Below, piece by piece: positions 34,460-43,792 of a DNA stretch of 64,000 bases. Positions within the stretch are counted from its first letter, which is position 1. Each line of letters opens with the position of its first letter. Source of the stretch: an uncultured Candidatus Saccharibacteria bacterium (GTDB lineage: Bacteria; Patescibacteriota; Minisyncoccia; Phycocordibacterales; DATGWK01); NCBI GenBank assembly GCA_964428845.1, contig CAYRZH010000001.1, positions 74,990 to 138,989 of the forward strand, given 5' to 3'. Position numbers and translations under genes: made by a program. Under the pieces are notes generated by a model. That model was not told the origin of the DNA, searched no databases, and saw only the letters and a list, made by a program, of their open reading frames with translations.

Positions 34460-35947
34460 ATGAAGAAGACTGCAGGGAAGCATACGTTTTCCATTCCAAA
34501 GGAGGTTCTAGATGTCTCCCAGACCCTGAAGAAGGGTGGTTTTGAGGCATACCTGGTTGGGGGATGTGTACGAGACCTTTTCCTGGAAAAAGTCCCGAAG
34601 GATTGGGACATTACAACGAATGCCGTTCCAGAGCAGATAATCTCCCTTTTTAAGAAGACTTTTTATGAAAATGACTACGGCACGGTGGGCGTGGTGAATG
34701 AAGAAACAGCGGACCCGACCCTTAAAGTCGTCGAAGTGACTCCATACAGAATAGAGTCGGGGTATTCAGACAAAAGAAGGCCTGATTCGGTCTCTTTTAG
34801 CAAAAATATTGAAGATGATCTGAAAAGACGCGATTTTACCGTAAATGCCATCGCATACGATTCTGAAATACAAAAAACCCTTGATTTATATGGCGGTTTA
34901 GCCGACTTGGAGAATAAGATCATCAGAACAGTAGGGAATCCCAATGAGAGATTTGCCGAGGATGGACTTCGGGTGATGCGTGCGGTGCGTCTGCACGCCG
35001 AGCTTGGCTTCTCAATCGAGGAAAATACAAAAGAGGGTATCAGAAAAAACGCCGAACTTCTCTCCCACATTGCAAAAGAGCGAGTGCGAGACGAATTTGT
35101 GAGAATAATCATGTCTGATCGACCAGGGCAGGCATTAGAACTCTGCCGTGAGCTAGGAATTTTGAAATACATAGTACCCGAACTCGAAAAGGGAATTGGT
35201 ATCGAGCAAAATCAGGCGCATGCATTTGATGTCTGGACTCATCTTATGAAAACGGTTGATCATTCGGCGAAGAAACGCTTCCCATTGCAGGTCCGACTAG
35301 CAGCTCTCCTACATGACATATCGAAACCAGAGACCAGAAGGCAGGCTGGGGAGAAAGGAGACTGGACTTTCTACGGACACGACGTGGTTGGGGCTCGAGT
35401 GACAGAAAGAATTCTTAAGGATCTAAAATTTTCCAATGAAATAGTCGCGCAGGTGACAAAACTAGTGCGCTGGCATATGTTTTTCTCTGACACAGAGAAG
35501 ATTACGCTCTCGGCAGTGCGTAGACTGGTGCGAAATGTGGGTAGGGAAAACGTCTGGGACCTGATGGATGTACGCACCTGCGACAGAATAGGGACGGGGA
35601 GGCCAAAAGAGAGCCCGTACCGACTACGAAAGTATCATTCGATGATAGACGAGGCGCTTCGCGACCCTATCTCTGTGGGAATGCTCAAGACAAATGGGGC
35701 GAGAATTATAGAAATAACGAGGGAGAAACCTGGGCCACGAATAGGGTATATACTGCACGCCCTTTTGGAGGAAGTTCTAGAAAATCCGTCCCTGAATACG
35801 GAGGAAAAACTCGAAGAAAAAGCTAAAAAAATGGCTCTGCTTAGCGACCAAAAGCTTCGAGAGATAGGTGAGAAGGGAAGGGAAAAGAAACAGGAGGAGG
35901 ATGAAAAGATCGTGAAGGAAATTCGCAAGAAGCATTGGGTGGAGTAG
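34460..35947 (+). CDS. cca: CCA tRNA nucleotidyltransferase with HD domain
   Basis: YLVGGCVRD, DWDITT, DLKRRDFTVNA, EDGLRVMRAVR, LLHDISK. Confidence 0.92.
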   Translation: MKKTAGKHTFSIPKEVLDVSQTLKKGGFEAYLVGGCVRDLFLEKVPKDWDITTNAVPEQIISLFKKTFYENDYGTVGVVNEETADPTLKVVEVTPYRIESGYSDKRRPDSVSFSKNIEDDLKRRDFTVNAIAYDSEIQKTLDLYGGLADLENKIIRTVGNPNERFAEDGLRVMRAVRLHAELGFSIEENTKEGIRKNAELLSHIAKERVRDEFVRIIMSDRPGQALELCRELGILKYIVPELEKGIGIEQNQAHAFDVWTHLMKTVDHSAKKRFPLQVRLAALLHDISKPETRRQAGEKGDWTFYGHDVVGARVTERILKDLKFSNEIVAQVTKLVRWHMFFSDTEKITLSAVRRLVRNVGRENVWDLMDVRTCDRIGTGRPKESPYRLRKYHSMIDEALRDPISVGMLKTNGARIIEITREKPGPRIGYILHALLEEVLENPSLNTEEKLEEKAKKMALLSDQKLREIGEKGREKKQEEDEKIVKEIRKKHWVE

Positions 35948-35948
35948 A

Positions 35949-36105
35949 GAAAAGGCCCCACCGAACAGATGTCCAGTGGGGCCCTCTTTTGGGCTCCGCC
36001 ATCCTATATTCACCGCGCTAGTTACTTCTAGCACGGCAAGAGGGGTGGGCTATGCGGAGTTTCACACACCCACTTTATGCTAGCACACCTAGGATTTTTA
36101 GTCAA
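35949..36105 (-). ncRNA. Putative ~120-nt sRNA with promoter, sharing a terminator with cca
   Basis: TTGACT-17-TAGCAT with extended TG (36105-36077); stems CTCCGC/GCGGAG and CCGTGCTAG/CTAGCGCGG; terminator GGCCCCAC/GTGGGGCC-TTTT. Confidence 0.5.
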
Positions 36106-36155
36106 GTACAAGAAATTAAATAGCAATTATCTTAGGTTCCAGAGTTTTTGGGCAA

Positions 36156-36410
36156 CAAAAAACCGCCCGAGCGACAAAAGAGGTGTGCATGGACGGTTCC
36201 GAAAGAACAGCCCAGTTAAATTGAGAGTCCCCAAAGATGATATCCTTGAAAATAAAAAATTGAGAGTGCGAGGATATATAGTTTTGAGAAATGTCCTTTA
36301 ACCAGAAAAGTCTTCCGCTAGGTGGGCCTCACCATTGAAAGAACTAATGCCAGACTTTCGTGCCTAGTTATCAAGGACATCCATCTGGTCGTCTGCGATC
36401 TATTGTATCA
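36156..36410 (-). ncRNA. Putative ~240-nt structured RNA
   Basis: TGA-TACAAT (36410-36402); stems ATGTCCTT/AAGGACAT and ATATCCT/AGGATAT; terminator AACCGTCC...GGGCGGTT-TTTT. Confidence 0.35.
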
Positions 36411-36496
36411 CAGTCAAAAAATATTTTGTCTTTTATTGGGGATAACTTTTGTCTTTTATAGAATCGCGCGGACTTTACCAAAGAAATCTACATAAT

Positions 36497-37267
36497 TTAA
36501 GCCTTCAAATCTAGAAAAATAGGGCAGTGATCAGAACCAAAAATATTGTCCATTATTCCCGTGGAGGTAATGAGTGGGAGAATTTCTGGAGTTACAAAAA
36601 AATAATCGATACGCCAGCCGACATTTCTGTCGCGTGCAAAAGTTTTCATATCCCAGTAAGTGTAGGCTCCGACCTTATCCGGATAAAAATGTCTGAAGGT
36701 GTCGATATAGCCAACACCAACAACTTTATCCACCCAAGCACGTTCGATCGGCAGAAATCCAACGTGGGTAGAGTTTTCTTTTGGACGAGCCAGGTCCATT
36801 TCTTTATGAGCAACATTTACATCGCCGCAAAAAATTATTTTCTTATTCGTTTTTCGTATTTTCTCAACGAATTTTAAAAATTCCGCAAAAAATCCTAACT
36901 TATATTTCAGCCGTTCGGCGGGACCCCCACCATTGGGGAAGTAGCCGTTAATAAGCACAAAGTCCTTAAAATAGGCCGTTAAAAGGCGACCTTCCTGGTC
37001 AAACTCTGGCACCCCCAGACCCTCGACGATCTTTTCCGGTTTTACCTTAGTGAAAATAGCTACACCACTGTAGCCCATTTTTGCTTTAGCATGATCAAAA
37101 TATGAATGGTAACCGACTGGGTTTCTTGCTTCTTCAGGAAGTTGTTCGGGATGAGCCTTCGTCTCTTGGAGACAAAGGATATCGGGAGATTCGGCGAGAA
37201 TCGTTTGCCATTTACCCTTATTGTGGAGCGCCCGAAGGCCGTTTACGTTCCAGGAGATGATATGCAT
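36497..37267 (-). CDS. xth: Exodeoxyribonuclease III / AP endonuclease
   Basis: SWNVNGLRA, LCLQETK, GYSGVA, CGDVNVAH, GWRIDY, SDHCP. Confidence 0.96.
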   Translation of the reverse strand: MHIISWNVNGLRALHNKGKWQTILAESPDILCLQETKAHPEQLPEEARNPVGYHSYFDHAKAKMGYSGVAIFTKVKPEKIVEGLGVPEFDQEGRLLTAYFKDFVLINGYFPNGGGPAERLKYKLGFFAEFLKFVEKIRKTNKKIIFCGDVNVAHKEMDLARPKENSTHVGFLPIERAWVDKVVGVGYIDTFRHFYPDKVGAYTYWDMKTFARDRNVGWRIDYFFVTPEILPLITSTGIMDNIFGSDHCPIFLDLKA

Positions 37268-37383
37268 GGGGTAATAATAACAGTTTTAGAAATAATTTTG
37301 CGCGGGGCGAAATTGGAACGTGGTAGGGCGCGGTAGTATCGAACGAAATCGAGTGAGGGAGAAGGATGGGGGATCCAAAAGAT

Positions 37384-38301
37384 TTACCTTTTCTTGTTGT
37401 GGAATTTCTTATGCACATCTCGCAGATGCTTGTCGGTGATGTGGGTATAGATCTGGGTAGTACCGATATTTGCGTGGCCGAGGAGCATTTGAACAGAACG
37501 TAGATCGGCGCCATTCTGAAGAAGGTCGGTAGCAAAGCTATGCCTCACGATATGAGGCGTAACTTTTTTGGTTATACCTGCTTTGATGGCGTATTGCTTG
37601 ATAATCCTCTCGACCGAGCGGGGAGTGAGCGTGAGCTCGTCTTTATTTTTTGCATTTTTCCCAAACTGTATAAAAAGGGCATCATCCATGTCTTTGCGTT
37701 TGTTGAGATACTTTCTGACCGCGTCTTTGGCATCTTCTGAAAGAAAAACCACGCGGACCTTTTCACCCTTGCCACGCACCGAGAACTCGTCGCTTTTAAG
37801 ATCAATGTCACGAGTGAGGGAACAGAGCTCGGAGACGCGTAGCCCGGTGGAAAAGAGAAGCTCGAGCATGGCGCGGTCGCGGAGAGAGCGCAGGTCATCA
37901 CCTGTAGGGGCCTTCATCAAGCGTTCTAGCTCGGCTCGCAAAATGAGATCGAGTGAGCGTTCGGGGGTTTTTGCAAGCTCTATCTTTTCTGGTGCAAGGG
38001 AAGAAACCTCTCGCTTCATGAGGTATTTGAGAAAGGCGCGCAGGGCAATGAGGTAGTAGTTTTGGGTCTTCTTCTTGAGCGTGTCTCCGACTTTTTCGGC
38101 GGCACTACCAGCATCCTGCCTATTGAGCCAGAGGCGATACTCACGTAAGAGTTTGTCGTCTATATCCTTGGGATTTTCCGTCTTGGCAAATTGTAGAAAA
38201 CGGGTCAGATATCGGTCATAATTCTCAACCGTCTTTAGGCTGCGGCCCTTTTCGATCTCGGTGTATTCGAGAAATTGGCGTTTGAGGTCGGTGAGTTTCA
38301 T
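37384..38301 (-). CDS. XerC/XerD-family tyrosine recombinase
   Basis: TGLRVSEL, GKGEK.R, HIVRHSFAT, LLGHA, TQIYTH: complete catalytic set. Confidence 0.92.
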   Translation of the reverse strand: MKLTDLKRQFLEYTEIEKGRSLKTVENYDRYLTRFLQFAKTENPKDIDDKLLREYRLWLNRQDAGSAAEKVGDTLKKKTQNYYLIALRAFLKYLMKREVSSLAPEKIELAKTPERSLDLILRAELERLMKAPTGDDLRSLRDRAMLELLFSTGLRVSELCSLTRDIDLKSDEFSVRGKGEKVRVVFLSEDAKDAVRKYLNKRKDMDDALFIQFGKNAKNKDELTLTPRSVERIIKQYAIKAGITKKVTPHIVRHSFATDLLQNGADLRSVQMLLGHANIGTTQIYTHITDKHLRDVHKKFHNKKR

Positions 38302-38349
38302 GCTCCTTAATTTTAGCATGAAGTGTCGCACAATATTGAAGGACCCCGG

Positions 38350-38577
38350 GCGGGCTTTTTCATTGTCGCAGGGGTACCAGCATCACAAACCCCAAGAACG
38401 AAATCTCAAATGAAAAAATTTTACGGGGGGAATTTTGACAGATCCCGAGGCGGGACTTGCGAGCGCGACGGCGCGAGCACGAGGAATTTTTCAGCAGAAA
38501 AATATCCGTGCCCGACGAGGGAGACTGTCGAAATTTCCTGTTGCAAAACTTTTTCATTCGTGATATTGTTAGCCCGC
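38350..38577 (-). repeat. Intergenic fold-back element (family member 4) between xer and rpsO
   Basis: GCGGGCT/AGCCCGC ends; long imperfect arm AATGAAAAA...GACAG/CTGTC...TTTTTCATT; core at 38456-38509 in reverse orientation. Confidence 0.75.
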
Positions 38578-38578
38578 A

Positions 38579-38851
38579 ATGCTTACAAAAACAAAGAAAC
38601 AACGAACAATAAACGAGATCAAAATCCACGATACTGACACCGGTTCGCCGGAGGTTCAGATCGCCATTTTATCCAAGCGCATTGAGGAATTGGCCTCGCA
38701 TTTAAAGAAAAACCCGAAAGATATTCATTCGAGGCGTGGTCTCCTATCCATGGTTGCCAATCGCCAGAAGCATATTAATTATTTACAAAAAAAGAGCGCC
38801 AAGCGATACAACGCTCTTGCAAAGAAACTTAATTTAAAGAAAAAAGCTTAA
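38579..38851 (+). CDS. rpsO: 30S ribosomal protein S15
   Basis: HDTDTGSPEVQIAIL...KDIHSRRGLL. Confidence 0.97.
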   Translation: MLTKTKKQRTINEIKIHDTDTGSPEVQIAILSKRIEELASHLKKNPKDIHSRRGLLSMVANRQKHINYLQKKSAKRYNALAKKLNLKKKA

Positions 38852-39405
38852 TGTCAGTAATAAAACATAAGGAACAACGAGTTGGTATTTTCATAGACAC
38901 TCAAAATCTTTATCACAGCGCGAAAAATCTATACAAATCAAAAGTAAACTTCGGACAGATAGTTAAAGATGCAGTGGCTGGCCGCTCACTTATCCGAGCC
39001 GTTGCTTACGTCATCACCACAGAAAGCGGCGACGAAAAAAGCTTCTTCGAGGCCCTGGAAAAAGTTGGCATTGAAACAAAAACTAAGAATCTACAAATTT
39101 TTGCTGGTGGTGCAAAGAAGGCGGATTGGGACGTGGGGCTTGCAGTAGACGCTATCAAGCTCGCCCCGAAGCTCGACACCGTAGTAATCGTCTCGGGTGA
39201 TGGCGATTTTGTACCGCTAGTGGAATATTTAAAAACAAACGAGGGTTGCCAGGTTGAAGTTATCTCATTTGGAAAATCTTCTTCGGCACGCCTGATAGAA
39301 GCAGCTGACGACTTTTTAGATCTAGACAAAAATCCACGCAAATATCTAATGATAGGCAACAGTAGAAGGAAGACTGGAAGAGAAACAGAAGAAATGACAA
39401 AATAA
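38851..39405 (+). CDS. NYN (LabA/DUF88) domain protein
   Basis: IFIDTQNLY, KADWDVGLAVD, VSGDGDFVPL, AADDF. Confidence 0.92.
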   Translation: MSVIKHKEQRVGIFIDTQNLYHSAKNLYKSKVNFGQIVKDAVAGRSLIRAVAYVITTESGDEKSFFEALEKVGIETKTKNLQIFAGGAKKADWDVGLAVDAIKLAPKLDTVVIVSGDGDFVPLVEYLKTNEGCQVEVISFGKSSSARLIEAADDFLDLDKNPRKYLMIGNSRRKTGRETEEMTK

Positions 39406-39426
39406 CACCATCGTACTCCGATTAGT

Positions 39427-40314
39427 ATGGATGATGGTGAACAAAAAATAATACCGCTTCGCACGTATGAGGGCGACGTGGCTGAAGCTATAAGAAAAAC
39501 CAACGCTTCGGTAGCAAGCATAAATATTGCGGAGCAAAAAAGGAAAGCGGAGACAAAAAACTCTAGTGATTTGGGTGAAAAAACAGAGTCTTTTGCGCGA
39601 AACGGACTTATTTCCCTTGTCAGTATCCTTCTTATCCTGGTAGCTGGTGGCACCTTGGCGATCTTATTCTTCCTACAAAAAGACAAGACCCCAGAAATCG
39701 TTGTAACCCAGCGTTCAGTAATTTCGACAGACAACTTGAAAGAGGTTGATGTCAGCGGGCTCGGGCGTGAAGAATTGATAAAGGTCATCAATAGCAGTCT
39801 CGAGAAAAAATCCGCCGGATCAGTAACTGAAATAAGACTCATGGAGAACGGTCCGTCAGGTAGTTATCAGATACTTCCCGAACAGTTCTTTACGATTATT
39901 GGTAAGGGGGCCCCTTCTTCTTTGGCCCGCGCAATAGGTGAACCGTGGATGTTTGGCTCCTTCAGCACCAACGAACGAGCGGAGTCTTTTATTTTGGTAG
40001 CTGTAAATTCCTTTGATAATACATTTGACGGAATGCTTAGGTGGGAAAAAAGTATGGCAAATGACTTGAGAGAGATTTTTATTGACCATGAGACCATGGT
40101 GGGGACTAGTACACTAAAAGTCACCCCTGAAGTAAAAGAAAATTTTGAAGATTTGATTATTAAAAGCAGAAATACACGTGTCTTAAAGGACACCCGAGGT
40201 AATGTAATTGTCCTTTATTCTTTCTTGAGCGATAAATATCTCGTCATCACAACAAGCGAACAATCTTTTAGAGAAATCCTAAATAGGTTCTTGGCCTCTC
40301 GGTTTGTAAGATAA
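39427..40314 (+). CDS. Hypothetical single-pass membrane protein
   Basis: LRTYEGDVAEA N-terminus, one TM, extracellular domain. Confidence 0.7.
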   Translation: MDDGEQKIIPLRTYEGDVAEAIRKTNASVASINIAEQKRKAETKNSSDLGEKTESFARNGLISLVSILLILVAGGTLAILFFLQKDKTPEIVVTQRSVISTDNLKEVDVSGLGREELIKVINSSLEKKSAGSVTEIRLMENGPSGSYQILPEQFFTIIGKGAPSSLARAIGEPWMFGSFSTNERAESFILVAVNSFDNTFDGMLRWEKSMANDLREIFIDHETMVGTSTLKVTPEVKENFEDLIIKSRNTRVLKDTRGNVIVLYSFLSDKYLVITTSEQSFREILNRFLASRFVR

Positions 40315-40333
40315 GGCATGATATTATGCTGTC

Positions 40334-40699
40334 ATGAATCCAAATATCGAAAAATTAAAGAGTAAACTTGAAGAAGAACTCGCAATGCTTGAGCAAGAGC
40401 TGAAGAGTGTCGGCAGAATAAACCCGGATAATCCAAAAGATTGGGAAGCCACACCCCCAGAAATGAACATTCTCGAAAACGACGAAGAGGAGGTCGCCGA
40501 CAAAATCAAAGGATATGAAGAAAATAACAGCGTTTTAAATCAGCTTGAAACTAGATACAATGAAGTAAAACGAGCTCTTGGAAAAATCGAATCCGGCAAA
40601 GGCTACGGTATATGTGAGGTAGGGGGTGAACAGATCGAAACAAACCGACTCGAGGCAAATCCAGCCGCTACTACGTGTACCAAACACATGAGGGCCTAA
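40334..40699 (+). CDS. DksA/TraR-family protein (degenerate Zn finger)
   Basis: Coiled coil, then RALGKIE.G.GYGICEVGGEQI...RLEANPAATTCTKH. Confidence 0.85.
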   Translation: MNPNIEKLKSKLEEELAMLEQELKSVGRINPDNPKDWEATPPEMNILENDEEEVADKIKGYEENNSVLNQLETRYNEVKRALGKIESGKGYGICEVGGEQIETNRLEANPAATTCTKHMRA

Positions 40700-40814
40700 A
40701 GTTTTCGAGCAAGTATCGAGACAAGGTACCGTATCGAAAACTTTAACTTTTCTTAAGAAATATTTTATCTCCTGTGTGCTTAAATCAAAAAATGCCAAGT
40801 AGTTTCGGCGTTTC

Positions 40815-42410
40815 ATGAGCTTTGCAAAGGTGTTTAGTGCACAGGTCCATTACCTAGGCGGTAGAATTGTTGATGTCGAGGTCGACTTATCACGTGGTCT
40901 TCATTCTTTTTCGGTAGTAGGCCTCCCAGACAAGGCAGTTGAAGAATCACGAGACCGTATATCAGCAGCAATCAAAAACTCTGGTTTTGAATCACCAAAA
41001 CACAAAAATCAGAAGGTTGTTATCTCGCTTGCACCGGCACATCTTCGCAAGGAAGGCTCTGTTTTTGACCTCGCCATGGCTCTTGGCTACCTTCTTGCGG
41101 CCGGAGATATCTCTTTTGACCCAGCCGGCAAGCTATTTCTTGGAGAATTATCGCTTGATGGCGAACTGCGCGGCACGACTGGTGTTTTGCCGATTGTTAT
41201 TGAAGCACGCAAAAAAGGATTCCGGGAGATATTTTTACCCCTTTCACGTGCATCCGAAGCAGCCCTCGTCGAAGGCATGATTGTCTATGGGGCAGATACT
41301 TTGAGCGAAGTTATTGACCACTTAAATGTTAGAGGTCGAAAAGGGGATAAGGGGGCGAGAAAGATAAAACCATCCCCAAATATCAACATCGAATCTGCCG
41401 ACCAAGAGATCCAAACAGACCACGACAGTTTCGACGAGATAAAAGGTCAAGAATTAGCGAAGAGAGGTCTTGCGATCGCGGCATCAGGCGGACACAATGT
41501 CCTTTTATATGGGCCACCAGGAACGGGCAAGACAATGCTCGCAAGGTCTTTCCGCATGCTATTGCCAAGATTAAACCCGGAACAAGCTCTTGAGGTTACT
41601 TCGATACATTCTGCCGCTGGACATCTGTCAAAAACAATAATCACCGACCCACCTTTTCGTTCACCCCATCATACTTCTTCGCACGTATCGATCATTGGTG
41701 GGGGAAACATTCCCAGACCGGGCGAGATTACCCTCGCTCATCGGGGCGTACTTTTCTTGGACGAGTTTCCAGAATTTGAACGTCGGGTAATCGAAGTCCT
41801 ACGACAGCCACTCGAAGAAAAAGTTATCACAGTCTCGCGAGCCAGGGGTTCAGTTTGTTTTCCTGCAAACATAATATTTATCGCTACGATGAACCCATGC
41901 CCATGCGGACATTTTGGAAATACTTATCGTAATTGCTTGTGCTCTCCCACCGAAGTTACCCGATACCGAAGAAAAATCTCCGGACCGATTGCCGATCGGA
42001 TCGATCTTTGGATTGAAGTTGGACCGATAGAATATGAAAAGCTCGAAGATCTTTCTGATTTATCTAACACAAAAGAAAGCTCTCTTAGTAGAAGCGGTTT
42101 TTTAAAATTGAAAGAGGCAGTCCGGCAAACACGCCAGATCCAAACCGACCGTTTTAAGCATTCCCACAAAAATTACTCAACAAACAGTGACATTGCTGCG
42201 GGAGACCTCCCGATATATGCACCTCTCTCAGAAAAAGCGGAGGCTGTCTTGAGATCCGCAGCCAAATCATTGTCGCTTTCTATGCGTTCCTATCATCGTG
42301 TATGGAAAATTTCCAAAACAATTGCTGATTTAGAAGGGAAAACTGATATTGAAGAGGCTCATGTCCTCGAGGCACTACAATACCGCCCGCCGAGAGAACC
42401 TGGGGAGTAG
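40815..42410 (+). CDS. comM: ComM/YifB Mg-chelatase-like AAA+ ATPase
   Basis: VGLPDKAVEESRDR, GPPGTGKT, PFRSPHH, GEITLAHRGVLFLDE, MNPCPCG. Confidence 0.93.
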   Translation: MSFAKVFSAQVHYLGGRIVDVEVDLSRGLHSFSVVGLPDKAVEESRDRISAAIKNSGFESPKHKNQKVVISLAPAHLRKEGSVFDLAMALGYLLAAGDISFDPAGKLFLGELSLDGELRGTTGVLPIVIEARKKGFREIFLPLSRASEAALVEGMIVYGADTLSEVIDHLNVRGRKGDKGARKIKPSPNINIESADQEIQTDHDSFDEIKGQELAKRGLAIAASGGHNVLLYGPPGTGKTMLARSFRMLLPRLNPEQALEVTSIHSAAGHLSKTIITDPPFRSPHHTSSHVSIIGGGNIPRPGEITLAHRGVLFLDEFPEFERRVIEVLRQPLEEKVITVSRARGSVCFPANIIFIATMNPCPCGHFGNTYRNCLCSPTEVTRYRRKISGPIADRIDLWIEVGPIEYEKLEDLSDLSNTKESSLSRSGFLKLKEAVRQTRQIQTDRFKHSHKNYSTNSDIAAGDLPIYAPLSEKAEAVLRSAAKSLSLSMRSYHRVWKISKTIADLEGKTDIEEAHVLEALQYRPPREPGE

Positions 42411-42450
42411 TCAGGGTCTTTGGGAGATTTTGGAAGTTGGAAAAACTGAT

Positions 42451-43308
42451 CTAGAAAGGATTCTTTGCCCCACGAACCTCGAAATGAAGATGAGGCCCGG
42501 TAGATCGCCCCGAAGAACCGAGGTACCCGATGACTTGGCCCTTTGTTACCACCATACCTTGAGAAACAATGCTTTGATTTAGATGGCCATAAAGAGTTTG
42601 TGTGCCGTTGTCGTGGAGAATAACAACATAATTGCCATAACCACCGTTCCAACCAGAATTCTTGCTGACTATGACTTTACCGGCAGCCGCAGCCAAGATC
42701 GGCGTACCTTTCGAATTGGCTAGGTCAACTCCGTTGTAACCATGAACACCTTGAGTTCTTCTACCACCAACGAGCGGTCTTAAGTAGTAACCACTGTGGT
42801 CAGGTAGGTTGCTAAACTTAGATGAATTACTAGTACTTGGTTTTGATGGGTTTGCTTTCTTCGGAGCAGGAGCTTCTTCGCCGTCAGGGACAATTATTTC
42901 CTCGCCGACAGCCAGCTTGACTCCGGGCTCGAGATTGTTGAATCTTACGATGTCCTTAGGATCACCACCATGCTTTTTTGCGATGCTCTCTACGGTGTCG
43001 CCAGCTTTTACAATATGTCTCACGCCAGAGATAGGCAGGATTGTAAGGGTCTGACCTTCAGAGATAGTACGACCCTCGAGATCATTGGCCCACAAGATAG
43101 TATTTACCGAAACACCATACATCTGCGCAATTTGTGAAAGAGTATCCCCCCTGCGAACAACATAAACACTGATCTGGCCATTTTGAGGATAGATAACGCT
43201 CTCACCAGTCACGTCATTTTGTGATTCGAGAGCTACGTTGTCGACAATGATGATGTCTCCATCACCGAGGGACGGATTTTGACTACGCTTAGCCTCCAGA
43301 AGTTCCAT
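42451..43308 (-). CDS. LysM x2 + M23 peptidase (true start likely further upstream)
   Basis: YVVRRGDTLSQIA, HIVKAGDTVESIA, HGYNGVDLA, YGH, STGPHLHFEV. Confidence 0.92.
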   Translation of the reverse strand: MELLEAKRSQNPSLGDGDIIIVDNVALESQNDVTGESVIYPQNGQISVYVVRRGDTLSQIAQMYGVSVNTILWANDLEGRTISEGQTLTILPISGVRHIVKAGDTVESIAKKHGGDPKDIVRFNNLEPGVKLAVGEEIIVPDGEEAPAPKKANPSKPSTSNSSKFSNLPDHSGYYLRPLVGGRRTQGVHGYNGVDLANSKGTPILAAAAGKVIVSKNSGWNGGYGNYVVILHDNGTQTLYGHLNQSIVSQGMVVTKGQVIGYLGSSGRSTGPHLHFEVRGAKNPF

Positions 43309-43792
43309 GTTCTGTGAGTTTACATACGTAGAGTTTACTTCTTCTGAACTTGCGGATTCAAATAGAAAATCTGATAGATTAGAAAGAAAAGAAGAGATGC
43401 CGGCGTTGGCACTCTGTGGCGAGAAAATAAGGCCAAAAACAAAGATGGAAAGAAAAACAAGCTTCGCTGACGCGACCTTGAAGAGACTGCCTTTTGAAAT
43501 TTTGTGATCCTGTCTTTCGCCTTGACCGTTACGGGACCCTAGAGGTTTGGATAAAATAAGCCTAATCTAAATGATAATTCAGAATTTCCGAAAATATGGC
43601 TAAATGAAGCCATATTTAACCAGTCATCAACATCTGTGTACCTAACCATTATACAGAGCAAGGAAGGTCGGTCAATTGACAAAAGCGGTCTTTGTGGATA
43701 TCCAATATGACGGCTTATATTATAGGTTTTTCGTGAATTTAACCAAAAAAATAATGGCAATTCAGAGCATGATATAGTTGTGTAACATTCTC

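Noticed and set aside
37384-38301. Xer gene as the integrase of an island or a shufflon invertase
   Set aside because: Flanked by housekeeping xth and rpsO, typical XerC/D length and motifs, and no att or sfx-like repeats found.
39006-39842. 278-aa minus-strand ORF and similar long antisense ORFs (9620-10228, 52338-52967, 63015-63554)
   Set aside because: Antisense shadows of well-supported genes with no recognisable motifs.
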